Part shown: positions 1-8,900 of the stretch, in pieces
How the letters are laid out: each line of letters begins with the position of its first letter
Numbering within the stretch: the stretch's first letter is position 1
From: Clostridiales bacterium
Lineage (GTDB): Bacteria > Bacillota > Clostridia > Christensenellales > Borkfalkiaceae
Reading direction: 5' to 3'
DNA: 64,000 nucleotides
NCBI GenBank assembly: GCA_003538975.1
Contig: DPQQ01000007.1
Coordinates: forward strand, 17,408 to 81,407
Notes under the pieces: model-generated
Database searches by the model: none
What the model was told of the DNA's origin: nothing
The model's input: only the letters and a program-made list of their open reading frames with translations
Made by a program: the position numbers and the translations under genes

Positions 1-735
1 TCGAGAGAAGCCTATATAGAATCTTACGTTTCATACTACGACAGCGAAAAAACGTATTTATTCAGAAGCGAAGATTATTCCGGCGTTCCCGAAGGTAAAG
101 AATTCGATGGCGGCATGAGCGGAATCTCTGCGGACACTGCGTATATAAAATTCGACGAATTCAACGGGGACGCGACTTCGCAGATGGCGGGCGCGCTTAA
201 ATATATGCAGAAGCGCGGCAAAACCAAGCTGATACTCGACATGCGCAACAACGGCGGCGGGTATCTCAATATTTTGTGCGACGTCGCTTCGTACTTTATA
301 AACAACGACGGCAAAAAAGAATCGCTCGTCGCGACCGCAAAATACAAAAACGGCAAGGTCGAAGAATACAAAACCTCGGCAAACCGCTATGTGCCTCTCG
401 AAAAACTCACCGTAATGGCGAACGAAGGATCCGCTTCCGCTACCGAGTGCCTTATCGGCGCGCTTATAACTTACGGCGAACTCTCGTACGATAACTTTAT
501 CGTCACGTCGGACGGTACTCCCGATACGGTTAACGGAAACAGAACTTACGGTAAGGGAATAATGCAAAAAACATTTTTGTCGAACCACGGCTCGGCGATA
601 AAGCTTACTTCGGCGTATATTTACTGGCCCGACAAAACGACCAATATCCATAAGAAAGGCATCTTCGCTCCGGCGGAAAACAGCGTAACTTTTGCCGACG
701 GACTTGAAAAGGCTCTCGAAGTATCCGCAAGATAA
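1..735 (+). CDS. S41-family C-terminal processing peptidase, 5' end cut by the window edge
   Basis: The frame is open from nt 1. The DMRNNGGGY motif and overall layout are typical of Ctp/tail-specific proteases. A terminator hairpin follows. Confidence 0.7.
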   Translation, partial: SREAYIESYVSYYDSEKTYLFRSEDYSGVPEGKEFDGGMSGISADTAYIKFDEFNGDATSQMAGALKYMQKRGKTKLILDMRNNGGGYLNILCDVASYFINNDGKKESLVATAKYKNGKVEEYKTSANRYVPLEKLTVMANEGSASATECLIGALITYGELSYDNFIVTSDGTPDTVNGNRTYGKGIMQKTFLSNHGSAIKLTSAYIYWPDKTTNIHKKGIFAPAENSVTFADGLEKALEVSAR

Positions 736-753
736 ATTATAAAGCATTGTTAA

Positions 754-778
754 AGGCTCCCTTTGCGGGAGCCTTTTT
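754..778 (+). terminator. Rho-independent terminator (aaaggctccc-tttgc-gggagccttttt)
   Basis: GC-rich hairpin followed by a T-run immediately after the peptidase stop codon. Confidence 0.8.
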
Positions 779-793
779 AGTACGGTTTAATTA

Positions 794-818
794 TACCTGT
801 ATCGGCTGAAACGCACCG
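794..818 (+). repeat. Dispersed oriented intergenic motif, copy a1 (TACCTGTATCGGCtGAAAcgcACCG)
   Basis: The 17-nt core TACCTGTATCGGCGAAA recurs at 830, 50488, 52192, 53841 and 63464, always on the + strand and always intergenic. Confidence 0.6.
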
Positions 819-829
819 TTTATATTATA

Positions 830-850
830 TGTATCGGCGAAAGAGTACCG
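830..850 (+). repeat. Dispersed motif, copy a2 (TGTATCGGCGAAAgagtACCG), tandem with a1
   Basis: Second half-copy lies 12 nt downstream of a1 and has the same tail ...GAAA-N4-ACCG. Confidence 0.55.
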
Positions 851-872
851 TAAAAGGATATAAAAATACTCT

Positions 873-1277
873 TTAAGCCTTCTTATCGTTAAAATACGCC
901 GCCATAAACGGATAAATTTCACGTCCGGCAACTTTTTTGAGATTAAAATGTTTTTCTCTCTTTGCGGTCTTGACTTCATAGCTTTCGGCGGAGCTTACAA
1001 AAGACCTTTCGTTTTGCGACGTAAAGCCGGAGTCTGCGTTGTTGTTGCGATTATCGTCTGCGGACGGCGAAAAGGCGGAAAAAAGTCCGCCGGAAAGATC
1101 CTTTCCGAAAAATTCCATGATCGCAGATACGGCTTTTATTATTACGTCCGCGTCGAGATCGGAAAAAGTTTTTCTCAAGTCGAAGTTGTTTTCTTTAAAT
1201 TTCAGATAAACCGGCTTTACCGCGTCGATAAAGTCGGCTCCGAACAAAAGATTAAGAACAGTTTCCGAAATTTTCAT
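873..1277 (-). CDS. Hypothetical protein (134 aa)
   Basis: Long ORF with no recognisable motif. It is divergent from the ORF at 1391. Confidence 0.45.
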   Translation of the reverse strand: MKISETVLNLLFGADFIDAVKPVYLKFKENNFDLRKTFSDLDADVIIKAVSAIMEFFGKDLSGGLFSAFSPSADDNRNNNADSGFTSQNERSFVSSAESYEVKTAKREKHFNLKKVAGREIYPFMAAYFNDKKA

Positions 1278-1390
1278 ACTCGCCCTATGACATTATATTA
1301 TACGCGCCGCATAAAATGTTTATGTAAACAACTTAAAAGCGGATTTTCGTTCGGACCATACGGCGGGAACGAAAATAGAAAGGGGGACGA

Positions 1391-1699
1391 ATGGAATATA
1401 ACGATATGAGAGAGTCTTCGGGAAAAGCGGAAAACGGTAACGCTGCGGGAAGCGGCGATAAAAAAGCCGCGGGAAACGATTCATTATTAAAAGTTTTTAT
1501 GGAAATGCTAAAAAAATTCGACGGCAAGTCTGAAGAAGATCTGATAAACGCGATTACCGCCGAAGCCAACGCGCGCCGCGCCGCCGGAACGCTTTCGGAT
1601 AAAGAGATCGACAAATTCAATGCCGTGGTTTCGCCGTTTCTTCCGCCCGACAAGCGCAAACGCCTTAACTTTATCTGCGCAAAAATAAAAAACAGCTGA
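1391..1699 (+). CDS. Hypothetical small Lys/Ala-rich protein (102 aa)
   Basis: RBS gaaaggggga lies 7 nt upstream of the ATG. A clean terminator follows. Confidence 0.5.
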   Translation: MEYNDMRESSGKAENGNAAGSGDKKAAGNDSLLKVFMEMLKKFDGKSEEDLINAITAEANARRAAGTLSDKEIDKFNAVVSPFLPPDKRKRLNFICAKIKNS

Positions 1700-1717
1700 T
1701 AAAAAGCAAAAAGAAAA

Positions 1718-1746
1718 GACCTTGCCCGCTTGGCAAGGTCTTTTGA
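1718..1746 (+). terminator. Rho-independent terminator (gaccttgcc-cgctt-ggcaaggtc-tttt)
   Basis: Perfect 9-bp stem plus a T-run. Confidence 0.85.
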
Positions 1747-1800
1747 GTTGCGGTTGTTTTTATATTGCTATAAGTCGTAAAATCTTCAAATTCGTTTAAG

Positions 1801-2028
1801 TCAATATTCTTTTTTGCCGATGAGATAGTCTAAAGAGACGTCGTAAACTTCGGCGATCGAGATAAAAACGGGAAGAGACGGGAGAGCTTTTCCTCGTTCG
1901 TAAGCCTGATACGACTGGTAGGTTATTCCGAGCTTGTCCGCGACTTCTTTCTGGGTGAACTTCGACGACTGACGAAGATTTTTTATCGTCAGAGAAAAAT
2001 TTTTAAGATATTCTTCCGTATTCGACAT
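1801..2028 (-). CDS. XRE-family HTH transcriptional regulator (75 aa)
   Basis: QKEVADKLGITYQSYQAYERG is a Cro/C1-type helix-turn-helix. It is divergent from a second XRE gene. Confidence 0.85.
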   Translation of the reverse strand: MSNTEEYLKNFSLTIKNLRQSSKFTQKEVADKLGITYQSYQAYERGKALPSLPVFISIAEVYDVSLDYLIGKKEY

Positions 2029-2096
2029 TATTCCCCCTTATTTTCGCTTTTATAAATTATTTTTCAACGAACGGTTTAAGTATTTTCGGTTTTCTA

Positions 2097-2128
2097 TTGA
2101 ATTATACAAAGTAAAGTGATATAATATC
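2097..2128 (+). promoter_or_regulatory. Sigma-A-type promoter (TTGAAT-N17-TATAAT) in the divergent XRE intergenic region
   Basis: Hexamer match read by eye. The 17-bp palindrome at 2135 begins about 7 nt downstream of the -10 box. Confidence 0.4.
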
Positions 2129-2134
2129 GATGAA

Positions 2135-2151
2135 TACAGTTATTAACTGTA
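2135..2151. promoter_or_regulatory. Perfect 17-bp palindrome TACAGTTA-t-TAACTGTA, candidate XRE operator
   Basis: Perfect 8+1+8 inverted repeat between the divergent HTH genes. Confidence 0.5.
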
Positions 2152-2297
2152 TTACGCGGCAATTTTTGGCTTAAAAACGTATAAACGGCGGCAAAATCAA
2201 CCATTTTTATATCGATTCAACCAACGGTTTAGCGTTTGTTCAATACATTTCGTCCGACTTGTGGTATGATTTTTTTGAAGCAAAAGGAGGACCGGCT

Positions 2298-3134
2298 ATG
2301 GCAAATTACGGAGCGGCAATTCAAAAATTAAGAAAAGAAAAAGGTTACACGCAGAGCGAACTCGGAAATATGCTGAGCGTTTCTGCGCAGGCGGTAAGTA
2401 AGTGGGAAAATAATTTTTCGCAACCCGATCTCGATACGATACAGGAACTCGCGGGGGTATTCGATATTACGGTAGACGATTTTATGCGGCTCAGCAACGG
2501 CGAAGATATTTCGGACGTGCAAAAAGAAGCTGCTGCTACCGAAGAAACGGCAACTGTTTACGAACCCGTTGCAGATAGCAAAGTATCGGATGACGTCGGA
2601 GCTTTGAATGGCAATACGGGAGGAACGGTTTCTTCGGGGGCTGAACTTACGCAGAACAAAAAGACTACGCCGAATTATTACGATTCGATAAAACAAACCG
2701 AAAGCGGTAAAAAATCAAAAGTAAAAATAGACGGCTGGAGACTTTTCGGTCTTATATGCGCCGCGGTCTTAGGTATAGCATGCATGATAACGCTTATCTG
2801 TATGAAAGAAAACGTATTCTTGTCGATACTTTCGGGGTACGGACTATTTGCTCTTATCGCTTCGATAGGACACGACTGCTGGGCGGACGACGTGTTTTTG
2901 TGGGCGTGGGATAAGTCTATTCATATGCCGGGTATAATATTTTCGCTCGACTTTAACGGAATCGTATTCATGCTTGTGTATAAATTCATTATTGCGCCGA
3001 TAGTATCGTTTATTATTTCGGTGCTGCTCGGAATTTTAGGCTCGATGATAGCGATGTTCGTGGCGATAGTCAGTTATCCGTTTTTCGCTCCGAGATTGTT
3101 CAGAGAAACTTTTTTGGGAGAAGATCAGGTTTAA
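2298..3134 (+). CDS. Membrane-anchored XRE-family HTH regulator (N-terminal HTH, linker, C-terminal polytopic membrane domain)
   Basis: RBS aaaggagg precedes the ATG at 2298. YTQSELGNMLSVSAQAVSKWE is the HTH. The C-terminal roughly 120 aa is strongly hydrophobic. Confidence 0.75.
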   Translation: MANYGAAIQKLRKEKGYTQSELGNMLSVSAQAVSKWENNFSQPDLDTIQELAGVFDITVDDFMRLSNGEDISDVQKEAAATEETATVYEPVADSKVSDDVGALNGNTGGTVSSGAELTQNKKTTPNYYDSIKQTESGKKSKVKIDGWRLFGLICAAVLGIACMITLICMKENVFLSILSGYGLFALIASIGHDCWADDVFLWAWDKSIHMPGIIFSLDFNGIVFMLVYKFIIAPIVSFIISVLLGILGSMIAMFVAIVSYPFFAPRLFRETFLGEDQV

Positions 3135-3223
3135 CAAACAGATAAAAAAAAATAAAACCGATTAAAAAATCAATGACCGCAGAATATGCGGAAAATAAAA
3201 GGGGAAACCCGAAGGAGAAATAT

Positions 3224-6200
3224 ATGAAGAAGGTATTGATGATTTTACTTGCCGTTATATTCTCGCTGGCGGCGATATTCGCGGCGGCGTGCGGCAAAAA
3301 AGGCGATTCGTCCGGTAACGGCTCGGGAGAACCGGGCGGAGGAACTTCAGGCGGCGGCCAGCAGGAGCAGGAAAAACAGATAGAAGAGACTAAGACTGAA
3401 ACTCTGGAATCCGCTTCCGCAATGTATTCGTCGGCATCCGTTCAGAGTATGAGCGCGGAAGAAAAGTTTACCGTAGATATTTATTACAGTTACTTTTTAG
3501 GCGAAATTTCAGACTTTACCGGCAGTATAGAAGAAGTAAAAGCGCATACGGCAGAACTTCTGAGAGAGTTCGAAGAAATAATACAAAACATTTCGAAAAA
3601 AGCAGAAACGCTTGCGGAAGTAAAACAAAAGGCATTGACCGAAATCAAAGCGGTTTACGATTCCGCGGCGATGCTCGCAGGCGGCGCGAAAAATTACGTT
3701 ACCGCGGCTTATAACGAGATAAAAACCGAAATCGAATCCGCAACGAAGGAGAAAATCCCGGAACTTGTAGCAAAGTTCAAGGCGGAAGCGTACGAATATT
3801 TTAAGGAAAAGGTAGAATTTGCAGCCGAAGAAATAAAGTCGCTCGCAGAAGCGGAGCTTAACAGAATTGTAAACGAAATAAAAACTAAAATCGAAGATTC
3901 TGAAATTACGGCGAAGATAACCGAATATTACGCTTTGGCAAAAGAAAAAATCGAAGCGGCTGCGGGTACGGACATAGACGGAATTATCGCGGCGGTTAAA
4001 TCGGAAGCGGCTTCAAAGACGAAAGAATTTGCCGCGGAACAAATTTCGAAATATAAAACAGCGGTAAAAACATACATAGACGGTATCGTGAACACAGCGC
4101 TCTCTAAAATAGAAGATCAGGAACTTAAAACCGATCTTACGAATTATTACAATGCGGAAACTAAAAAGCTCGAAGCCATAAGCAGCATAGATACGGCAAA
4201 AATAACGGCGGAAGAAATTAAGGCTGATACCGAAGAGTTTGTTAAAACTCAGATCAAAAAACAGGTAGATAAATTTAAGACCGCCGCCAAAGAAAAGTTA
4301 GACGGCTCAGTAAACGCGGCTCTTTCTAAAATAGAAGATCAGGAACTTAAAGCCGACCTTACGAATTTTTATAATACCGAATCCGCAAAGCTTGCTGCCG
4401 TAAATAACATAGACACAGCAAAAGCGACCGTCCGGGAAATAGTTTCCGACACCGAAACGTTTGTTAAAAATCAGCTTTCAAAGCAGGTCGAAAAATATAA
4501 GACTGCGGCGAAAGCGTATATAGATAAGATCGTAAACGCAGCGCTCTCTAAAATAGAAGATCAGGAACTTAAAACCGATCTTACGAATTATTATAACGCC
4601 GAAACTAAAAAGCTCGAAGCTATAAACAGCATAGATACGTCAAAAACAACGGCGGAAGAAATTAAGGTCGATACCGAAGAGTTTATTAAAACTCAAATCA
4701 AAAAACAGGTAGATAAATTTAAGACCGCAGCCATGGAAAAACTTAACGAAGCTCATAACGCTGCGATAAGTAAGCTTAAAAGCGAAAGCGCAAAGGAAAA
4801 ACTTACGGTTGCTTATAACAATTCGATTAAAGGATTCGATGCAATAATCGATATAGACACGGCGAAAGCGGCTCTTGATAACGCCGTAGCGGAATACAAA
4901 ACCGCGGCGGAAGGAATAATAAAAGACGAAATATCCGTTTTTGTCGAGTCGGCGAAAGAAAAAATTAAAAAAGTTTACGATACAGCTTCGAAGCCGTTGA
5001 CCGCACAGGCTAAAGATAAGCTCGAAGAAATTTATAACGACGCTATCGCCGATCTTAAAACGATAAAGACGGCAGACGATGTCGAAAGAGTTATGTCCGA
5101 CTTTGAAACCGCCGCTAAAGAATACGTTATAGAAGCGTTGAATGCGATTTTCGAAAAAATGGGCGAAGTTCCCGATCCGTGGCAATTTCTTCCGGAAAGT
5201 TTCGGCGTGAAAAATATGCTTGTTTCTGAGAATAATATCCCCGATTACGTTGATTTTACCGCGGTAAGCGCGATTCCGCAGAATTATATAGGCAAAGGTT
5301 TGAACGTCGTTTATAAAGCTCTCAATAAAACGACGACGGCAATAGGCTATGTAAATAAGGTTCACGCCGTATTTAATACTGTCGGCAGCGTTTACAACAC
5401 GATTTTAGAAAACGCCGACGGGCAGGATCTTACGATAGAAGCCGGTTCGGTTGTTCTTACGATAAAGTTAACGACCGATAGCTATAAGATTCTCGCTAAA
5501 ATAGGTCCCGTTGAAGTCGAACTGTATTCCTATCTCGATAAAACTTATTACGGGGCGAGAGTGCAGCTTGCTTCAAATACGGTAGCTAAATATACCGTAA
5601 CCGAAAAAGAATTTATAATGGCAATAGATATAGCGGATACCTACGTTACGCATATTTCTTTCGTAAAAGAAGGCGGGACGACAGTGGGACACGTTTACGA
5701 AACTATCGTAGCGCAGGATAAAACCCTTACTTCGACGAGTTCGCTTGTTACCGTGAAAGACGGCTTTACCACCGTTGTCGGCAACAAGGGCGACTTTATC
5801 CCAACGAGCGGCGGCATTAACTGCGAAGTTTATGAAAATTCTACGGGAAGATTTGTCGGAAGCGAAGTATACGAAGAAATAAGCGATAACAAATTTTACG
5901 ATACACTTTGGTATAATTTAAGAGATATTGAAGGAATAAATACCGTTAAAAAGGAAGACAAGGCAAACGGAACGAACGCCGATACCATATACATAAACGG
6001 CGCGACCGACACTATACACACCAAGTTTGTCAGCATTACCGATTTTTCGAGAAGATTCGATATAGAATTTAAAAAAGTTTATGCGTTTACCTATAACGAA
6101 GAAACCGAAGAATACGACAGCGTAGAGTTCGAAGTGCCGATGATGTTTGTCCAGGAAAAACATGCCGATACGTTCGCAAGCGATTTCGAAGACAAAAATA

Positions 6201-6355
6201 AAAACTCCGTGGAAAGCGGGACAGTCGGAATAATTGCTTCCGAAGCGACTAAGACCGCAGTAAATTATGGGTATCATACGCTTGTAGAAAGCTATAAGAA
6301 GATAAAAGATCTTATAACTTATCAGAACGTGGTGGATTTTTGTAAACAGAAATAA
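3224..6355 (+). CDS. Large surface lipoprotein (about 1044 aa): signal peptide with lipobox, Gly-rich linker, long alpha-helical repeat region, non-repetitive C-terminal half
   Basis: MKKVLMILLAVIFSLAAIFAAACGKK is a lipoprotein signal. Three 74-aa tandem units begin KTAxK..ID.IVN.ALSKIEDQELK.DLTN.YN. A terminator follows. Confidence 0.8.
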   Translation: MKKVLMILLAVIFSLAAIFAAACGKKGDSSGNGSGEPGGGTSGGGQQEQEKQIEETKTETLESASAMYSSASVQSMSAEEKFTVDIYYSYFLGEISDFTGSIEEVKAHTAELLREFEEIIQNISKKAETLAEVKQKALTEIKAVYDSAAMLAGGAKNYVTAAYNEIKTEIESATKEKIPELVAKFKAEAYEYFKEKVEFAAEEIKSLAEAELNRIVNEIKTKIEDSEITAKITEYYALAKEKIEAAAGTDIDGIIAAVKSEAASKTKEFAAEQISKYKTAVKTYIDGIVNTALSKIEDQELKTDLTNYYNAETKKLEAISSIDTAKITAEEIKADTEEFVKTQIKKQVDKFKTAAKEKLDGSVNAALSKIEDQELKADLTNFYNTESAKLAAVNNIDTAKATVREIVSDTETFVKNQLSKQVEKYKTAAKAYIDKIVNAALSKIEDQELKTDLTNYYNAETKKLEAINSIDTSKTTAEEIKVDTEEFIKTQIKKQVDKFKTAAMEKLNEAHNAAISKLKSESAKEKLTVAYNNSIKGFDAIIDIDTAKAALDNAVAEYKTAAEGIIKDEISVFVESAKEKIKKVYDTASKPLTAQAKDKLEEIYNDAIADLKTIKTADDVERVMSDFETAAKEYVIEALNAIFEKMGEVPDPWQFLPESFGVKNMLVSENNIPDYVDFTAVSAIPQNYIGKGLNVVYKALNKTTTAIGYVNKVHAVFNTVGSVYNTILENADGQDLTIEAGSVVLTIKLTTDSYKILAKIGPVEVELYSYLDKTYYGARVQLASNTVAKYTVTEKEFIMAIDIADTYVTHISFVKEGGTTVGHVYETIVAQDKTLTSTSSLVTVKDGFTTVVGNKGDFIPTSGGINCEVYENSTGRFVGSEVYEEISDNKFYDTLWYNLRDIEGINTVKKEDKANGTNADTIYINGATDTIHTKFVSITDFSRRFDIEFKKVYAFTYNEETEEYDSVEFEVPMMFVQEKHADTFASDFEDKNKNSVESGTVGIIASEATKTAVNYGYHTLVESYKKIKDLITYQNVVDFCKQK
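4055..4720 (+). repeat. Three tandem 222-bp in-frame repeats inside the lipoprotein gene; units 1 and 3 are about 93% identical at nucleotide level
   Basis: Direct read of the sequence. The three units span 4055-4276, 4277-4498 and 4499-4720, and older degenerate copies lie on both sides. Confidence 0.85.
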
Positions 6356-6371
6356 CAATTAAACAGTATAA

Positions 6372-6400
6372 AAAGAACCGCGTTTTGCGGTTCTTTTTAT
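6372..6400 (+). terminator. Rho-independent terminator (gaaccgc-gttt-tgcggttc-ttttt)
   Basis: Hairpin plus T-run after the lipoprotein stop. Likely bidirectional with the convergent gene. Confidence 0.85.
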
Positions 6401-6449
6401 AGCTTGAAATGGTTTTATTAAAATAATTTTCGGTAAAAACTCTGTGAGA

Positions 6450-7607
6450 TTATCCCTTTCTCGATTGGATCGAGCGGACGGCGAAGAGAAAGGCGTCGAG
6501 TTCCGCCGCCAAGTTTTTTGGGGAGAGAGACGCTCTTACGAGTCCCGTTTTGTCGGTTTTTAAAAATTTATGTAAAAGCGGCGCGCAGTGGAAGCCGCCG
6601 CGGACGGCTATGTCGAACTCGGAACTTAATATATCCGCAAAAGAATTGCTGTTCGTTCCGCTTGCAGAAAACGATACTATTCCGCACGGGTTAGGTTTGG
6701 AATAAAGCTTTATTCCTTTAACCATGGACAGCCTTTCGCACAGGTATGCCGTTCTCGAAAGTAAAAGTTCGCCGTTTCGCTCGGCGTTTTTTTCGGTTTC
6801 TTCGGCGGCTTCTTTAAGCGAAGCTATCGCCGGGAGATTCAGTGAGCCCGCCTCTAATCGTTCGGGATAAAACATCGGTTGGGTGAGAAGAAACGTTTCC
6901 GTTCCGGTACCGCCCGATCTGGTCGGTAAAACGTCCGCTTTTTCGCTTATTATAAGCGCGCCGCTTCCGGAAATCGCTCCTAAAGCTTTATGTCCCGCAA
7001 GGCACAAAAGGTCTATATCTGAAGCGGTTACGTCGATTTTTTTATGCCCCGCAAGCTGAGCCCCGTCAACAAGGAATAAAATTTTATTGCCGCCCGTTCT
7101 CGTTTCGTTCAGGTTTTTTATGCCTTTGCCGATTGCGGTTATGTCCGGGGTTTCGCCGGTCACGTTCGAAGCGCCCGTTACCGCCACGAGATATGTATCG
7201 TCCGTTACCGAGCGGAGAATTTTTTCGGTAAGGCTCGCCGCGGAATCGGGTTCGACTACCGTCAGGGAAATAAGACCTTGCTTTTCGAGAGTGAACAGCG
7301 GTCTTAAAACCGAATTGTGTTCGAGAGCGGTCGTGACTACGTTGCCGCCCTTTTTTACCGTTCCGTTTATTGCAGCATTGAGAGCGGTCGTGCAGCCGTC
7401 GGTGAAGATCACCTTGTCGGCGTTTTCGGCATTGAAAGCGCTTTTTAAGGCAAGTCTTGCGGAGCAGACGACTTCGGCAGCCTTCACCGCAAGACGGTGT
7501 CCGCTACGACCGGGGTTGGCGGTAAGATATTTCAGAGTCGTTACGGCGGCTTCCGTCACGTCATAACTTAAAAAGCCGTTTGTCGCGGCGTTATCGAGAT
7601 AGATCAT
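6450..7607 (-). CDS. Class V aminotransferase / cysteine desulfurase family protein
   Basis: The fold-type I PLP layout is present, with HKALGAISGSGAL providing the PLP lysine and a GGFHCAP motif near the C-terminus. Confidence 0.85.
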   Translation of the reverse strand: MIYLDNAATNGFLSYDVTEAAVTTLKYLTANPGRSGHRLAVKAAEVVCSARLALKSAFNAENADKVIFTDGCTTALNAAINGTVKKGGNVVTTALEHNSVLRPLFTLEKQGLISLTVVEPDSAASLTEKILRSVTDDTYLVAVTGASNVTGETPDITAIGKGIKNLNETRTGGNKILFLVDGAQLAGHKKIDVTASDIDLLCLAGHKALGAISGSGALIISEKADVLPTRSGGTGTETFLLTQPMFYPERLEAGSLNLPAIASLKEAAEETEKNAERNGELLLSRTAYLCERLSMVKGIKLYSKPNPCGIVSFSASGTNSNSFADILSSEFDIAVRGGFHCAPLLHKFLKTDKTGLVRASLSPKNLAAELDAFLFAVRSIQSRKG

Positions 7608-7784
7608 TTTTCTCCTTAAAATTCACATGTTATGCGGCGTTTTTTATCGCCGCAAGAGCTTATACGCCTTTATTTAACAAAAGGCAAATTTCTTTAATAA
7701 TATATAATATACGGGCGTATTTTATGATATTTAATAAAAAATATCGTAGTTATTTGCCGAATATCGGTCACAAAGGAGAAATCA

Positions 7785-8002
7785 TGGGTTTTTATATCGC
7801 AATTTTCAGATCCCGAAACGACGCCGTGATATTAAGCGACGAACTTAAAAAAAGGGGCGTAAACGCAAAAATAATTCCGACTCCCGAACGCGCCGCCGTG
7901 GGGTGCGGACTTTCGGTTAAATTTTACGGCGACGAATACGCCGTAATCGCTCTTGCGAGAAGACTTCGCCTGTCGGGGTTTGCCGGAATAATAAGAGCGT
8001 GA
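7785..8002 (+). CDS. DUF3343-like small protein (putative Se/S carrier-like), 72 aa
   Basis: RBS aaaggag is present. The protein reads MGFYIAIFRSRNDAVILSDELKKRGVNAKIIPTPERAAVGCGLSVKF. It is divergent from the desulfurase-family gene. Confidence 0.55.
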
Positions 8003-8003
8003 T

Positions 8004-8032
8004 CTTTAAAGGCGGTCTGACCGCCTTTAAAG
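8004..8032. other. Perfect 14+1+14 inverted repeat (ctttaaaggcggtc-t-gaccgcctttaaag) with no flanking U-tract
   Basis: Read directly. It begins 2 nt after the stop codon. Confidence 0.5.
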
Positions 8033-8225
8033 TATAAAAACCGATAAAAATGGTTTTGTACGCCGTTTTTTTGAGCTTTTATCAAAACGATTGCTAATTT
8101 TACCCGATTGTGGTATCATATTTACCTGAATAAGCGCAGATTTTCGGTTTTTACGCCGTAAAAACAGATACGACGTCTGATAAGTCCGGAAACTCGTTAT
8201 TCCGAACGCAAAAAGGAAGTGGGGT

Positions 8226-8867
8226 ATGATGGACAAGCAGGTAGCTTCGAAAATAATAGAAGAGCTGTCGGAACATTATCCGGACAAGCCCGCCCTTAAC
8301 TTCGGCAGCGTATACGAACTGCTCGTTGCGGTAATACTTTCGGCGCAGTGTACCGACGAAAGAGTGAATAAAGTTACAGGGGAGCTTTTTAAGGACTATA
8401 ATACGCCCGGAAAGATGATAACGCTTACTGCGGACGAACTCGGCAAAAAAATCTTTTCGTGCGGACTTTATAAAAGCAAGGCGGAGCATATTTTATCGGC
8501 GTCGAAGGATATTATAGAGCGTTTCGGCGGAGAGGTTCCCTCTTCCAAAGAAGAGCTTATGTCCCTTGCGGGAGTCGGACGGAAAACCGCGAACGTTGTT
8601 TATTCGGTTGGGTTTAAGGGTAACGCGATAGCCGTCGATACGCATGTTTTCAGACTTGCGAACAGAACGGGACTTGCGCCGTTTTCCACTCCCGAAAAGG
8701 TCGAAAACGGACTTATGGACATTTTGGACGAAACTGTATGGTCGAAAGCGCACCATTATCTTATATATCACGGGCGTAACGTATGTAAATCGCAAAATCC
8801 CGATTGCGAAAATTGTTGTATAAAAGACTTATGCGAAAAGCATATGGATTATAAAAAATTAAAGTAA
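8226..8867 (+). CDS. nth: Endonuclease III
   Basis: The HhH-GPD motif LAGVGRKTANVV is present, together with a C-terminal C-x6-C-x2-C-x5-C 4Fe-4S cluster. Confidence 0.9.
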   Translation: MMDKQVASKIIEELSEHYPDKPALNFGSVYELLVAVILSAQCTDERVNKVTGELFKDYNTPGKMITLTADELGKKIFSCGLYKSKAEHILSASKDIIERFGGEVPSSKEELMSLAGVGRKTANVVYSVGFKGNAIAVDTHVFRLANRTGLAPFSTPEKVENGLMDILDETVWSKAHHYLIYHGRNVCKSQNPDCENCCIKDLCEKHMDYKKLK

Positions 8868-8900
8868 AAAGCGTAAAGATAACATCTTAAGAGGCTGAAA

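Noticed and set aside
4640-5365. 241-aa minus-strand ORF inside the lipoprotein gene
   Set aside because: It is antisense to the repeat region. The Phe/Asn/Arg-rich translation comes from AT-rich complement codons.
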